Numbered from the whole stretch's first letter, positions 12,267-25,130 are shown. The stretch: DNA of 63,986 nt, filler included, from Octopus bimaculoides (GCF_001194135.2; 6 parts of 6 records of this genome joined end to end with filler, not necessarily neighbours in it), one strand, 5' to 3'. Numbers and translations are program-made. The notes: generated by a model from the letters alone, not told the origin.

Positions 12267-15200
12267 TATATTATATTATATATATTATATATATATATAT
12301 ATTATACATGCATATATATATATATATATTATACATGCATATATACATACATATACACACAGACATACGCACACATACATTCATATGTGGTTACGAGTAT
12401 ATGTATGTGTGTCTGTGCATATACTATGATACTGTAAATTATGTTCATTGATTAACCTACGTGCGAGATGGGAGAACAGAGTTTCTCCATACACTCCTGT
12501 CCTGTCAAAGCTTTATCTTCATCCTGTCATTCAATGCGAGTGTTTCGACCGTTTTAACCCAGTGACAGAAATTCCTGACACTTTCTGAACAGCTAATTCT
12601 TATTCAACCTAACAAATACAGTTTCTCACCAAACCAACGAATGAGTCATCAGTTCCGTTTATTTATGTCTCCAGATGTTACATGAATTGATTTGCTAGCG
12701 ATGGGGCTCTGAAGTTGTTGTATACAAAATCATTTTCTCTGCCACACGTATTTCATCTTGTATTGCGTTTCGTTAATTGTGTATAAACTCTACTTGGAAA
12801 AATTGATTATATGATGCTACTACTTGTTGAATAGGGAAAAACCTATGATGCATTAAAAGATATAATTGCTTCATTCAAACTCGTAACAAGTTTAATGATG
12901 TATCGTATGGAATAATTGTTAAGATTTTAACGTAACTGATCATTTATATTATAAGCACTAATTTGGGGAGAGACAAATCAACTGGACTCATTAACGTTTT
13001 TCCATCAAATGTTGGGTCTTGGTAATAAATAGCATGCTGGCAATTTATTCTACTGAAGTCCAGCATTGTGAAGCGTACAAGTTTTATGTATAACTGTTAT
13101 CTATTTTCATGATGTAAAATGCATGGTTACCTCATGATAACACATTATGCAATTTAATTGCAACAGCTACATCAGCTATCTAAAAAAAAATGTCTAGTAA
13201 ACTATCTCCTATATAAAGTTCATACAATAGCCTTTCACGCTACAAGAAAGTAAGAGAAAAATTAAATTATAGTTGGAAAAGTCAAAGATAATTTATGGTA
13301 CAGAAGTCGGCATATTAGCATGGCAGGTGAGTTTTAATGTAATCACGAACAAAATCTCGCAATATACGTGACAGATATATAATTTGGGATTCATTGTGTA
13401 TTTCATGCTTCGTTTAAATAGATTTTTACGAATGACTAACTGTTGTGGTAACAAAATATATCAATGCTGGTTTGGCCACGAGATTAACTTTTATGAGGTG
13501 ATATAAGTTTTATGAGTGGCATCGTATTTGGCATGCATAGAAATGTACTAAGAAAAATTTATACAAATGCCCTTTATAAAATGTCTGAAATAAGCATACT
13601 AATGTCGATATGTCGTAAAAACGACTAAAGCAACATGATAAAAAACGGAAAACAGGAACGGAGTGAAGGTTTTACAGCGAATAAAGGAATAAACTTCATA
13701 TATATGTAAAGCTATGCACTCTCATTTATATACTCGACGTCGAAGCGTATATCTTATTAATCTTGTTACGTATAAACTAATTATCTTAGCATTGAAAATA
13801 GCGAATAAAGAAGCTAATCATATTGAGTTATATAAAACAGACTTTATTATTTTCTGCTTTCTTTTAGACTTGTCACTGCCTATGTTCTTCATTAATACGA
13901 TTTCCCGCTGTACATCATGAATAACGATTACAATAATTAATCTACCAGGTGTTTGAACGAACCAATTATTATAACTTTTAATATATTTTGGTATACAACG
14001 TTCACATCTTGAAAGAATAAAAACCTCGGAAGTGTTTGTCTGCACACCCATTTGCGCACAAAATCTATATCGCTGCACCACATAATGTTTTCCTACGATT
14101 ATAAATTAAATCCGACATATCTACCCTCATATACCCAGCAGTATAATCTGACACGATAATCTTATTACTGTTTCTGTTTTATTTCCCATTTTTAATTTTC
14201 ACAATTCTTTTCTCCCCTTTACGCCACAATTCTAGTAAAAACTAGTTAAGCACATTTTTCATTTTCTCTTTTGTTTTTCATTTCCTAATTATTTAGTGAT
14301 ACATCATGAATTGGTGACAGTAGCCCATTACGCCTAATATCTCATTTATAGAATTTCCATGGACATTTCAATATCAGACAATGATTTATAGAAACAAATA
14401 CCTAAATAGTGATAACAGTAAATTAATTTTGCAATATCTAGCCAAAGCTTGGCAATTATTTAAAACCAATTCGTATATTCTGTATAGTGAGCAGCTAATG
14501 CTTTCACAAAATATGGTGGCTTGTATAATCCGAATTTATCATTGGATGCGCTCATATTTATTTTTGGTAGATTTCAAATCTATGTCTATAAATCAAGCCT
14601 ACATGCATGAAGAAAACTGCAGAACTGTGCAAAAACGCTACATGTTTGCTACATGTTTTTTTTATTCTGAATAGAATATAACGCTTGTAATTTCATTAAC
14701 CATATCATCGGTCTTAAAAAATATGGGAAGCTGCCTTTTGGATATAATCTAATCTTTAAAAGCAGTTTCGTTTATTCCAGTTAACTGAAATAAAGAGAAA
14801 AAATTGTATCACACATTAAAAAGTTACATTAACATCTTAGAAGTATGTTAGTTTAATATTTTGTCACTTTAGTTAGATATGACCATGATGGAAAACAAAC
14901 CAATGAGAAAAAATACTCCACATCATCACATGGTCATCTAGAAACCACAGCCAAATTTTAATTCAAATCACTCTATAGCACCATGTGATTAACGAAGGGC
15001 ATTTTTAATAAAGATATCTGGGAAAAAATATCGATATCTCAATTTCTTGATCGATAATAAGTAGTGAACTTCCATGCAATGGAGGTGGGAGTAGCTATAA
15101 TATGGGCTCAGCAGAGGCGATATAAAATCTGTCTAGTTTAATTAATTAGCATAATGAATTTTTGATCCACTACTCCCACCTACCTAATAATTCTACAGAA

Positions 15201-17639
15201 CGAACTTAGCTAATTTAGCTGATTTTAACGATATTAATGCTAGCAATTTTACCGTTTTAACTCGGTCAACTCCCATTTAATGTTAATTTAATTATTGGTG
15301 ACCCAATATTCTAGACTCCAGTACGAATGTTTTCTGTGCCTCTATTCTAGACCCATTCATTTCTTTCTTGCTTTATGTTAGTTTTTTTTCTTCTTTCTAT
15401 TTTTCTTTTTCATACTTCTATTAATTTATTTCCTGGTACCTCTGAGATTTTAGTAGTAAATCAGCGCCTGTTTGATCTTTCCGGTTTACTTTTTAACTTT
15501 GTTTTTCCAGCACTAAATATACATGTAAATAATAAATTTGACTACCATTTGACCCGTGAGCGACAGTGTACTGGTTGATTTCTGCTAGATCAAATGAGAG
15601 AAACTGATATATATTGTCTTCAATATTCATCTTCTGAGATTACGCCAAGGTAGTGTGACAACATACATAATTTATTCGGTACCCTACCATCTACAATATA
15701 TTTGTGCGGAATAGTGTAAAATGTATTCCTGTATAGCAAATTTAATCATATCCAAAGAGATGTTGATAATCACATTGTTAATTAATTGTTGTATGGATTT
15801 ACATAATTATATGTACATGCGTGTGCGCCTTCAGCCTCATATATATGAGATCGTTGATACGATTCGCGGACCATGGTGTGCTTTGAGTTCTTGTGCAAAA
15901 CGCTTTAACACTTCACCTTTTGTTGCTCAGCGATCACTATAAGATCTCACATGTGATACAAAATCTCACATGTGGTACAAGGCCGATTTGGTGGAGTGAG
16001 TGAGCTAATGTATAGGACAAATATTTGACCACTATAAACATATAACATGTGAACGTTGTACAGCAAGAAGTTACGGAACCCTCAGCTGACGTCTACGACA
16101 AGAGTGTCTACGGCATACATACACACATATAAGCATGCACGCACGCACGCACACATACACATGCATAAAAGACAAGCGTAAGTCTATAGGCAGAGAACTA
16201 CACATACCTTTTATTAATAACTAGATATTCCGTTCCTGGAGTGAACCTATTAGTTCCACACTGACGTGCTTCTCATTTGGACTGAATGTCAATTATCACA
16301 GCCTCACAAATAGTTATTGATGAAAAGAGTAAATATATATGGAGTTTGAACTATAACGCCACACTTTCTAATGAGATACGCTATGGCGGAACTAAAAGTT
16401 CAAATGTAAAACTAGAAATCCAGCTAGTACCACAATACGAACATTAGATATAGATGTACATATATGTATGTGAATCTACGTGCTCATACATACGTTCATA
16501 GACAAGGATATATATATATATATATATATACATATATACATAGATACATACGTACATACATACATATATATATATATATNNNNNNNNNNNNNNNNNNNNN
16601 NNNNNNNNNNNNNNNNNNNNNNNNNNNNNNNNNNNNNNNNNNNNNNNNNNNNNNNNNNNNNNNNNNNNNNNNNNNNNNNNNNNNNNNNNNNNNNNNNNNN
16701 NNNNNNNNNNNNNNNNNNNNNNNNNNNNNNNNNNNNNNNNNNNNNNNNNNNNNNNNNNNNNNNNNNNNNNNNNNNNNNNNNNNNNNNNNNNNNNNNNNNN
16801 NNNNNNNNNNNNNNNNNNNNNNNNNNNNNNNNNNNNNNNNNNNNNNNNNNNNNNNNNNNNNNNNNNNNNNNNNNNNNNNNNNNNNNNNNNNNNNNNNNNN
16901 NNNNNNNNNNNNNNNNNNNNNNNNNNNNNNNNNNNNNNNNNNNNNNNNNNNNNNNNNNNNNNNNNNNNNNNNNNNNNNNNNNNNNNNNNNNNNNNNNNNN
17001 NNNNNNNNNNNNNNNNNNNNNNNNNNNNNNNNNNNNNNNNNNNNNNNNNNNNNNNNNNNNNNNNNNNNNNNNNNNNNNNNNNNNNNNNNTATATATATAT
17101 ATATATATATGCACATATATATGTATATGTATGCATGTGTGTGTGTATACGTGTACACTTTTATTATCTCTTTCTGAGAAGTTGAAATTATTTCCTTTCT
17201 TCTATGTCACTGAAAGGTTAATCTCAGGGAAGCAATTTTCTGTGGTGATATAGCTTAAGGGTATTCATTTGTCGCCTCTATTAGTGACTGATTTTAATAA
17301 GATACTTGCAGCATGCATTTCCGATTTCATTTCTTATCTATAGTTAAAATTCCAACTCCAAACGAAGTAATTTTCTTAATAGAAGCAACATGTCGATGCC
17401 TTTATATTTAGCAAACAAGTGTTAATTAATTTGTCATGAGTTTTACTGCTATATGATTTCTTAGATATTGTGGTAGCAGAAAGATTTATGTTGGAGACAG
17501 CGTTAATACGTAAACGCGTTGCCAAGTCAATTAAAATGTTATGGAACTAAAGGTGGATGAGTCGGTCCGTTGAAAAGCCAAATATTGGAGTTGATGGCAT
17601 TTCAAGGATATAGTACATGTAAATGTGTATGCGTGTGTG

Positions 17640-17676
<37 letters not shown>

Positions 17677-18046
17677 GACGGACGTGCTGTCACATCGGCT
17701 GCAGAGGTAAACCTCTTTTTGACATTTTATTGCCCACATTTTGTTGGGATTTATTAATAATTTTGTTGCGAAGCACCTAGGCTTCATTTCTGTGTATTTT
17801 CAAAGGCAGGAATTGGCCCCCAGGGAAAGGAAAGAGGAAGCGCAGTAAGAAGAAAACAAAACAAAATGCAAACACAAACAAAGCAGGGAGATTCACATCT
17901 CCCGAAAATACTCCTAACACCAATAGTAATATGCAAAAAACAATGCTAACAGCAATAGACAGTACAAACACAGAGTTGCTGAATTACATCAACTTTAAAA
18001 CAAACATCACAAATAACGACATCAAAACAAACAACCACCCACGCAC

Positions 18047-18146
18047 NNNNNNNNNNNNNNNNNNNNNNNNNNNNNNNNNNNNNNNNNNNNTTAATTAATT
18101 AANNNNNNNNNNNNNNNNNNNNNNNNNNNNNNNNNNNNNNNNNNNN
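18047..18146. other. Scaffolding gap marker: 44 N + TTAATTAATTAA + 44 N
   Basis: The identical 100-nt construct also occurs at 24680-24779, 52187-52286, 61396-61495 and 62728-62827. Confidence 0.95.
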
Positions 18147-19022
18147 ATGTATATATAATTACTGTGGCTTAAGTATTCGATCATGTTAATCCTCAGTAAG
18201 ATGGCTGATCACACAAAAAGAGAGCAGAACCCTAACCCGTTGTTCTTGTTGCTTGTCCCCTCATATATCTCGATCTCTGCGTAACATAACAAAATGGCAA
18301 CAAAGGGCTTTCATCCATTATCTTTAAGAAGCCAACAACAATCATTACCCCCAAGACATGTTCTTAACATACACAAACCAACTTCCATATTCAAATCATA
18401 TTTTCGACACAGCATTATTCCTTTCTCTCGTTGATTTTAAGAATTGATAGCAAACCCCAGATTGTTGTTTTTATTCGTTGTCTTCATTTTTCTTCGTTAT
18501 TCTTGTCAATGATAGCAACACATTAAGCAATTATCAATATCTTTGGAGGTGGGGGTTTTGTTACGGGGGTGCTACTTTTTGTTGCGGGGTATTATTTTTT
18601 CTGAATGTACCTAGGTGAACGGTTTCGTACATTGATACGACAAAGTGTACATTGATACGACGGGGTGTATATTGATACGATAGAACGTCTGATAATAATG
18701 TTAATTAGTATTACACTCAAACGCGTAGAGGGAACACACGAAATTCTCTACTGGGGCAGAAAATTGAACAAACTCAGCGACCTTGGAACGAGTTCCTTGA
18801 AGAACCGATTCCAAGCAGTCAGCAGAATAAACAAACTGAGAAAGAAAATATGGTGGAGGCGGGTGAGGTAGGAAAAGAAATCCGATGTTATATTAAGGGA
18901 AAAAACGAAAAGGGAATCTTCAGATGGTTGTATTAAGGGGAAAAAAATCCATCTTTACTGTTTGTTTTTGCAGATGTACAATTTGTCAGTATGTATACGC
19001 CTATATTATATANNNNNNNNNN

Positions 19023-19058
<36 letters not shown>

Positions 19059-20641
19059 TGTGTATGCATGAATGTATATATTTCCTTGGGTGTGTGTGTA
19101 TGAATGTTTATGTATGTATAAATGTGTGTATGTACTTGTATATGTTTAGTAGAGAGAAAGAAAGAGAGAAAGAAAGAGAGAAAGAAAGAAAGACAGAGAG
19201 AGAAAGAAAGAGAGAGAGGAAAAAGAAAAACCAAACAGAGAGAGAGAGAGAGAGAGAGAAAATGGCTTTGTCCTGAAGTTCCCCTCTCAGTCGTGTGATT
19301 CCGAGTTCGACTCCACTACACGATACCTTAGAAAAGTATGTTTTATTTCCCCGGGTTGGTCAATATTTTGCAACCGGAATTTCGGACGTGGAGACTGTGC
19401 GGAACTTAACCCAGGCTTACTATCCCTACAAGAAGTGCAAAAAATCGTGTTAACTGGAACGACTCATGTACTGAGAAGAGCATTATCGCTGTGAAAACAA
19501 CATCTATTCATGAATTTCTTTATTTATTTGTTTATTTATTTATTTATTTATTTTAAATACTATTTTATCTGTGAATTTGCGTGTGTAAACTGGGAATGCA
19601 TACAATGAGCTTCTCTGCCCTAGGTGTACGGAAAACACTCGGCGAGAAATGGAAGAAAATTTGAAGAAAGAAGAAATAAAAAACATAATAATAATAATAA
19701 TAATGATAATAATAATAATAATAATAATAATNNNNNNNNNNNNNNNNNNNNNNNNNNNNNNNNNNNNNNNNNNNNNNNNNNNNNNNNNNNNNNNNNNNNN
19801 NNNNNNNNNNNNNNNNNNNNNNNNNNNNNNNNNNNNNNNNNNNNNNNNNNNNNNNNNNNNNNNNNNNNNNNNNNNNNNNNNNNNNNNNNNNNNNNNNNNN
19901 NNNNNNNNNNNNNNNNNNNNNNNNNNNNNNNNNNNNNNNNNNNNNNNNNNNNNNNNNNNNNNNNNNNNNNNNNNNNNNNNNNNNNNNNNNNNNNNNNNNN
20001 NNNNNNNNNNNNNNNNNNNNNNNNNNNNNNNNNNNNNNNNNNNNNNNNNNNNNNNNNNNNNNNNNNNNNNNNNNNNNNNNNNNNNNNNNNNNNNNNNNNN
20101 NNNNNNNNNNNNNNNNNNNNNNNNNNNNNNNNNNNNNNNNNNNNNNNNNNNNNNNNNNNNNNNNNNNNNNNNNNNNNNNNNNNNNNNNNNNNNNNNNNNN
20201 NNNNNNNNNNNNNNNNNNNNNNNNNNNNNNNNNNNNNNNNNNNNNNNNNNNNNNNNNNNNNNNNNNNNNNNNNNNNNNNNNNNNNNNNNNNNNNNNNNNN
20301 NNNNNNNNNNNNNNNNNNNNNNNNNNNNNNNNNNNNNNNNNNNNNNNNNNNNNNNNNNNNNNNNNNNNNNNNNNNNNNNNNNNNNNNNNNNNNNNNNNNN
20401 NNNNNNNNNNNNNNNNNNNNNNNNNNNNNNNNNNNNNNNNNNNNNNNNNNNNNNNNNNNNNNNNNNNNNNNNNNNNNNNNNNNNNNNNNNNNNNNNNNNN
20501 NNNNNNNNNNNNNNNNNNNNNNNNNNNNNNNNNNNNNNNNNNNNNNNNNNNNNNNNNNNNNNNNNNNNNNNNNNNNNNNNNNNNNNNNNNNNNNNNNNNN
20601 NNNNNNNNNNNNNNNNNNNNNNNNNNNNNNNNNNNNNNNNN

Positions 20642-20677
20642 AACGAGTCAAGTGCTTTACCTTTAAGCTAAACTGAC
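20642..20677 (-). pseudogene. 5' half of a second tRNA-Thr(CGT)-like copy, running into a gap
   Basis: Reverse complement GTCAGTTTAGCTTAAAGGTAAAGCACTTGACTCGTT, with an intact GCTT/AAGC D-stem. Confidence 0.55.
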
Positions 20678-20731
20678 TGCGAGTTGTTCAGCAATTTTAG
20701 GATTTAGAAATTGCAGAACAGTTCGTTACTG

Positions 20732-20803
20732 GGCAGTTCAGCCGAAAGGTAAAGCACTTGACGCGTAATCACAGGGATGTCAGTTCGAATCTCATGGCTG
20801 GTC
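20732..20803 (+). pseudogene. tRNA-Thr(CGT)-like pseudogene or SINE head
   Basis: 72 nt, with D-loop GGTAA, CTTGA-CGCGTAA-TCACA anticodon arm, GTTCGAATC T-loop and acceptor GGCAGTT/GGCTGGT. Every stem carries mismatches. Confidence 0.6.
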
Positions 20804-20898
20804 GTAACGACATTTCCCCCTGCAATATAAGGATAGTTTTTCCTGTTCATGCTTTTGTATTAGCATTATCATGCATTTGAGAATAAATTATTACTGTA

Positions 20899-20971
<73 letters not shown>

Positions 20972-21002
20972 CACATATATATGTGTGTGTGTATGTGTGT
21001 GT

Positions 21003-21241
21003 ATACGACGGGCTTCTTTCAGTTTCCGTCCACGAATGTCACTCACAAGACTTTGGTCGGCCGGAAGCTATAGTAGAAGACACTGCCCAAGGTACCACGA
21101 AATGGGTCTGAACCCGGAGCCATGTGGTTGGAGCAACGTGAAATAAAGTGTTTTCCTCAAAGGCACAACGCGTCACCGGGAATTGAACTCACGACCTTAT
21201 GATTGTGAGCCCCATACCCTAACTACGAAGCCACGCGCCTT

Positions 21242-21243
<2 letters not shown>
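21003..21243 (-). mobile_element. SINE family B fragment fused to a family D-type tRNA head
   Basis: ACGACGGGCTTCTTTCAGTTTCCGTC..AGAAGACACTGCCCAAGG, followed by the reverse complement of GAAGGCGCGTGGCTTCGTAGTTAGGG..GAGTTCAATTCCC. Confidence 0.8.
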
Positions 21244-21285
<42 letters not shown>

Positions 21286-22427
21286 ACGCGCTCGCTCTTA
21301 GAAATGTATAGTATCTGTGTATGTATATGAGTGTATATGTGTGTGTGTCTGTGTATTTCTATATATATACATGTGTTTTGCACTCGGTGCATTACGTACA
21401 GCGAATTTACTAAGTCAGACCGTATTACCCGAAAACAAACAAAGAATCTGTCAGTAAGGGTTTCATTTTACCAGTGATACCCAGGGGTGATGCCGGGACA
21501 TTTGTCTCGTCATATTGATGTAAAGATCGAAGACGGAGATAAACAGGGAGAGATTTTCTGGATCAGGTGACACTGAGTGTGAACAAACAGCGTAGAGTTT
21601 GCATAATTAAAAAAAAAGTGTGTGTGTGTGTGTGNNNNNNNNNNNNNNNNNNNNNNNNNNNNNNNNNNNNNNNNNNNNNNNNNNNNNNNNNNNNNNNNNN
21701 NNNNNNNNNNNNNNNNNNNNNNNNNNNNNNNNNNNNNNNNNNNNNNNNNNNNNNNNNNNNNNNNNNNNNNNNNNNNNNNNNNNNNNNNNNNNNNNNNNNN
21801 NNNNNNNNNNNNNNNNNNNNNNNNNNNNNNNNNNNNNNNNNNNNNNNNNNNNNNNNNNNNNNNNNNNNNNNNNNNNNNNNNNNNNNNNNNNNNNNNNNNN
21901 NNNNNNNNNNNNNNNNNNNNNNNNNNNNNNNNNNNNNNNNNNNNNNNNNNNNNNNNNNNNNNNNNNNNNNNNNNNNNNNNNNNNNNNNNNNNNNNNNNNN
22001 NNNNNNNNNNNNNNNNNNNNNNNNNNNNNNNNNNNNNNNNNNNNNNNNNNNNNNNNNNNNNNNNNNNNNNNNNNNNNNNNNNNNNNNNNNNNNNNNNNNN
22101 NNNNNNNNNNNNNNNNNNNNNNNNNNNNNNNNNNNNNNNNNNNNNNNNNNNNNNNNNNNNNNNNNNNNNNNNNNNNNNNNNNNNNNNNNNNNNNNNNNNN
22201 NNNNNNNNNNNNNNNNNNNNNNNNNNNNNNNNNNNNNNNNNNNNNNNNNNNNNNNNNNNNNNNNNNNNNNNNNNNNNNNNNNNNNNNNNNNNNNNNNNNN
22301 NNNNNNNNNNNNNNNNNNNNNNNNNNNNNNNNNNNNNNNNNNNNNNNNNNNNNNNNNNNNNNNNNNNNNNNNNNNNNNNNNNNNNNNNNNNNNNNNNNNN
22401 NNNNNNNNNNNNNNNNNNNNNNNNNNN

Positions 22428-22502
<75 letters not shown>

Positions 22503-22559
22503 TAGATATATATTATATAATATATATGCATATATGTATGTGTGAAGGTTTGTATAATG

Positions 22560-22597
<38 letters not shown>

Positions 22598-23193
22598 AAG
22601 CGCATGTGTGCGTGCATGAGTTTTGCTAGAAATTCGGAACTGTATGAAAAGCAATACCAAAAAAAATTAATAGGGCGGGAAATAGAAAATATCTATATTA
22701 TAATGAGACCAGGAACGAATGGAAAAGGAAAAGAGAGAGAGAAACAGCAAATAAGAAAAGGAACGAACGTGTGAGAATGTGAAGGAAAGAAAGAAGGATT
22801 AAGAAAGAGGAAATACAAAGAGAGAGAGAGAGAGATGGAGAGAGAGAGGGGGAGAGAGAGAGAGAGGGGAGAGAGAGAGAGAGAGAAAGTAAAGGTGTAT
22901 GCGAGTGTAATGAATGAGAAAGACTTGATAAGTTGATAAAACAGATAAACAATGACACGATAAGACATGTAGAGTAGACAGAGATAAAATGGTAAAGAGA
23001 TATGATATGGTAGAGAGAAAGAGGGAGAGATAGGGAGGAACAGAGAGAGATTAGAATTTGTAATTCTCTTGCATTCAAGGAACTTTAAAATGTAATCACA
23101 ATGGAAGCAAACTTTATTCATCAAGCACTTCGTCATCGGCATCACAACATATTCTCACACTCTCACGCACTTAAGCTAAGAGTTCAGGCCGCC

Positions 23194-23237
23194 TCTGGCT
23201 GAAGAGACTCAGCGTGTCGAAACACCAGTGTTCCAGA
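23194..23237 (+). ncRNA. Type I hammerhead ribozyme motif
   Basis: TCTGG-CTGAAGA-GAC-TCAGCGT-GTC-GAA-ACA-CCAG-TGT-T-CCAGA. All conserved core nucleotides are present, stems I (5 bp), II (3 bp) and III (3 bp) are fully paired, and the cleavage triplet is GUU. Confidence 0.8.
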
Positions 23238-23519
23238 ATGCCGTGCACCAATGGAAAGATTGATGAACGTACTGTCGTCGGAAAAATTATTCTCCTACGA
23301 TGGCTTTAAAAATCACTTCTGCCCCCTTTGCATCGTCTTTATAATAAGCCACTTACCCACAGAGCCGCGCATGCGCAAACCCCTGGATAACACGTTTCTT
23401 ATATGATCTCGAGTTGTGAATGGAAATTGGTAAGCTGTGATAAAGAGAAGGGTATAGGAATATATATATATAAAGAGAGAGAGAGAGAGAGAGAGAGAGA
23501 CGCAAGCATATATGAATAT

Positions 23520-23765
23520 GTAGTAAGAACTGCAAAGTTACGGGGACGTAAACAAACCAACATCGATTGTCAATCAGTGATGGGGAACGCACACACACAT
23601 AGAGAGAGAGAGACGATAGGCTATCGTCAGCTGCCATATACCAAATCCACTCACAAAGCTTTGGTCGGCCCGTGGCTCAAGTAAAAGACACTTAGCCAAA
23701 GCACCATGCAGTGAGACTGAACCTGGAACCACGTAGTTGGGAAGCAAACGTCTTACCACACACCC
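23520..23765 (-). mobile_element. SINE family B (CORE-like, OR2-type)
   Basis: Reverse complement of the tRNA head GTGTGGTAAG..GGTTCAGTC..GC, followed by a CORE-like CTTCTACTATAGCC..GACCAAAGC..GTGAGTGGATTTGG segment. Confidence 0.85.
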
Positions 23766-23812
23766 ACAGCTGCTTGTGACTTTTTAGATTGCTTACTGAA
23801 TTATTTCAATAT

Positions 23813-24030
23813 GGAAGGCGGTGAGCTGGCAGAATCGTTAGCACGTCGGGCGAAATGCTTAGCGGTATTTCGTCCGTCTTTACGTTCTGAGTTCAAATTC
23901 CGCCGAGGTCGACTTTGCCTTTCATCCTTTCAGGGTCGAGAAATTAAGTACAAGTTACGTACTGGGGTCGATCTAATCGACTGGCCCCCTCCCCCAAACT
24001 TTCGGGCCATGTGCCTGGAGTAGAAAACAA
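23813..24030 (+). mobile_element. SINE family A, near-consensus
   Basis: Full head, central domain and tail. Confidence 0.92.
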
Positions 24031-24034
24031 TATG

Positions 24035-24395
24035 GAATACGGCAGACGACGCGCAATCGCAGGGTCGCGGTTTCGATTTCCAGACCGGACGTTGTGAGTG
24101 TTTATTGGGCGAAAACATGTAAAGCTCCACGATGCTCCGGCAGAGGGTGGTGGCGAGCCTTGCTGTACTCTTTCACACATTTTTCTATCACTTTTTCTTC
24201 CTGTTTCTGTTGTACTTGTATCTCAAAGGGCCAGCCTTGTCTCACTCTGTGTCACGCTGAATATCCCCGAGAACTACGTTAAGGGTACACGTGTTTGTGG
24301 AGCTGGCTTAGCCACTTGCACGTTAATTTCACGAGCAGGCTGTTCAGTTGAACCGATCAACTGGAACCTTCGTCGTCGTAACCGACGGAGTGCCA
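24035..24395 (+). mobile_element. tRNA-derived SINE family C
   Basis: GGTTTCGATTTCCAGACC B-box; the body is homologous to the minus-strand copy at 34270-34859. Confidence 0.85.
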
Positions 24396-24441
24396 TGATA
24401 TATATATACACACACACAAATATGTTATACATACACATATA

Positions 24442-24492
<51 letters not shown>

Positions 24493-24794
24493 TGGCAAAG
24501 ATAGCGATGATGATAGTAATGGAGAGAAAGACTAAATATAGTGGTGGTGGTGGTGGTGGTGGTGGTGATACATTCGATGAACCGATAAGATGCTGCAAAC
24601 ATTAGAGAAAGGAGTATATGTGCATGCGTATATGGATAATGTTAGGTGGGTGCATGTGACAACAAGATGTCTGTTTTATNNNNNNNNNNNNNNNNNNNNN
24701 NNNNNNNNNNNNNNNNNNNNNNNTTAATTAATTAANNNNNNNNNNNNNNNNNNNNNNNNNNNNNNNNNNNNNNNNNNNNATATATATATATATA

Positions 24795-25130
24795 CTACAT
24801 ATGTGGGAAATTCTGTCTGTGGGTGTGTTTGTGGAGTTGTTAGCTAACTCCTCCTACATTGTTTTATCGATTTTGATGAAACTTGACACGTGAGTAGAAC
24901 TCATGTCTGGAAATCTCATGGCATACCCAGATTGTTGAAAAATCAATAATAGGGCCCCTGGAAGGGATCCTTATATTTGTCTAATATATCTTATTTTAAA
25001 AGCCAAGGGAAATAACTCATTCGCCCCTGGGAGGTATCTTTATATATAGCCAAGGGAAATAACCCATTCATTTTCCTAAATTATTTGGTATAAATCAAAC
25101 TGAGTATGCTTATTTCTTAGTATTTGAACT
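24795..25130 (+). mobile_element. Helitron/Helentron-like non-autonomous fragment
   Basis: 5' TATATACTACATATG..CTGTCTGT and ATCGATTTTGATGAAACTTGAC motif; internal direct repeat AGCCAAGGGAAATAAC x2. Confidence 0.45.

Noticed and set aside
12615-12655. Minus-strand CTGATGA..GAAAC hammerhead-like match
   Set aside because: The 10.1-11.1 pair is absent and there are no stems I/III.
13818-14674. 87-aa (-) and 97-aa (+) ORFs as genes
   Set aside because: No recognisable motif, no convincing splice-site pair, and lengths within the range of the many chance ORFs in the track.
18047-18146. Palindromic TTAATTAATTAA recurring five times
   Set aside because: It is always centred in exactly 44 N + 12 + 44 N. 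This is an artificial scaffolding spacer with stops in all frames, not biology.
19590-19731. Splice acceptor CCCTAG|GTG with a downstream ORF
   Set aside because: It runs into a (TAA)n array and a gap. It is more likely a retroelement 3' end, and neither reading can be supported.
23811-24023. Recurrent MEGGELAESLARRAKCLAVF.. ORFs as a gene family
   Set aside because: These are translations of family A SINE copies.
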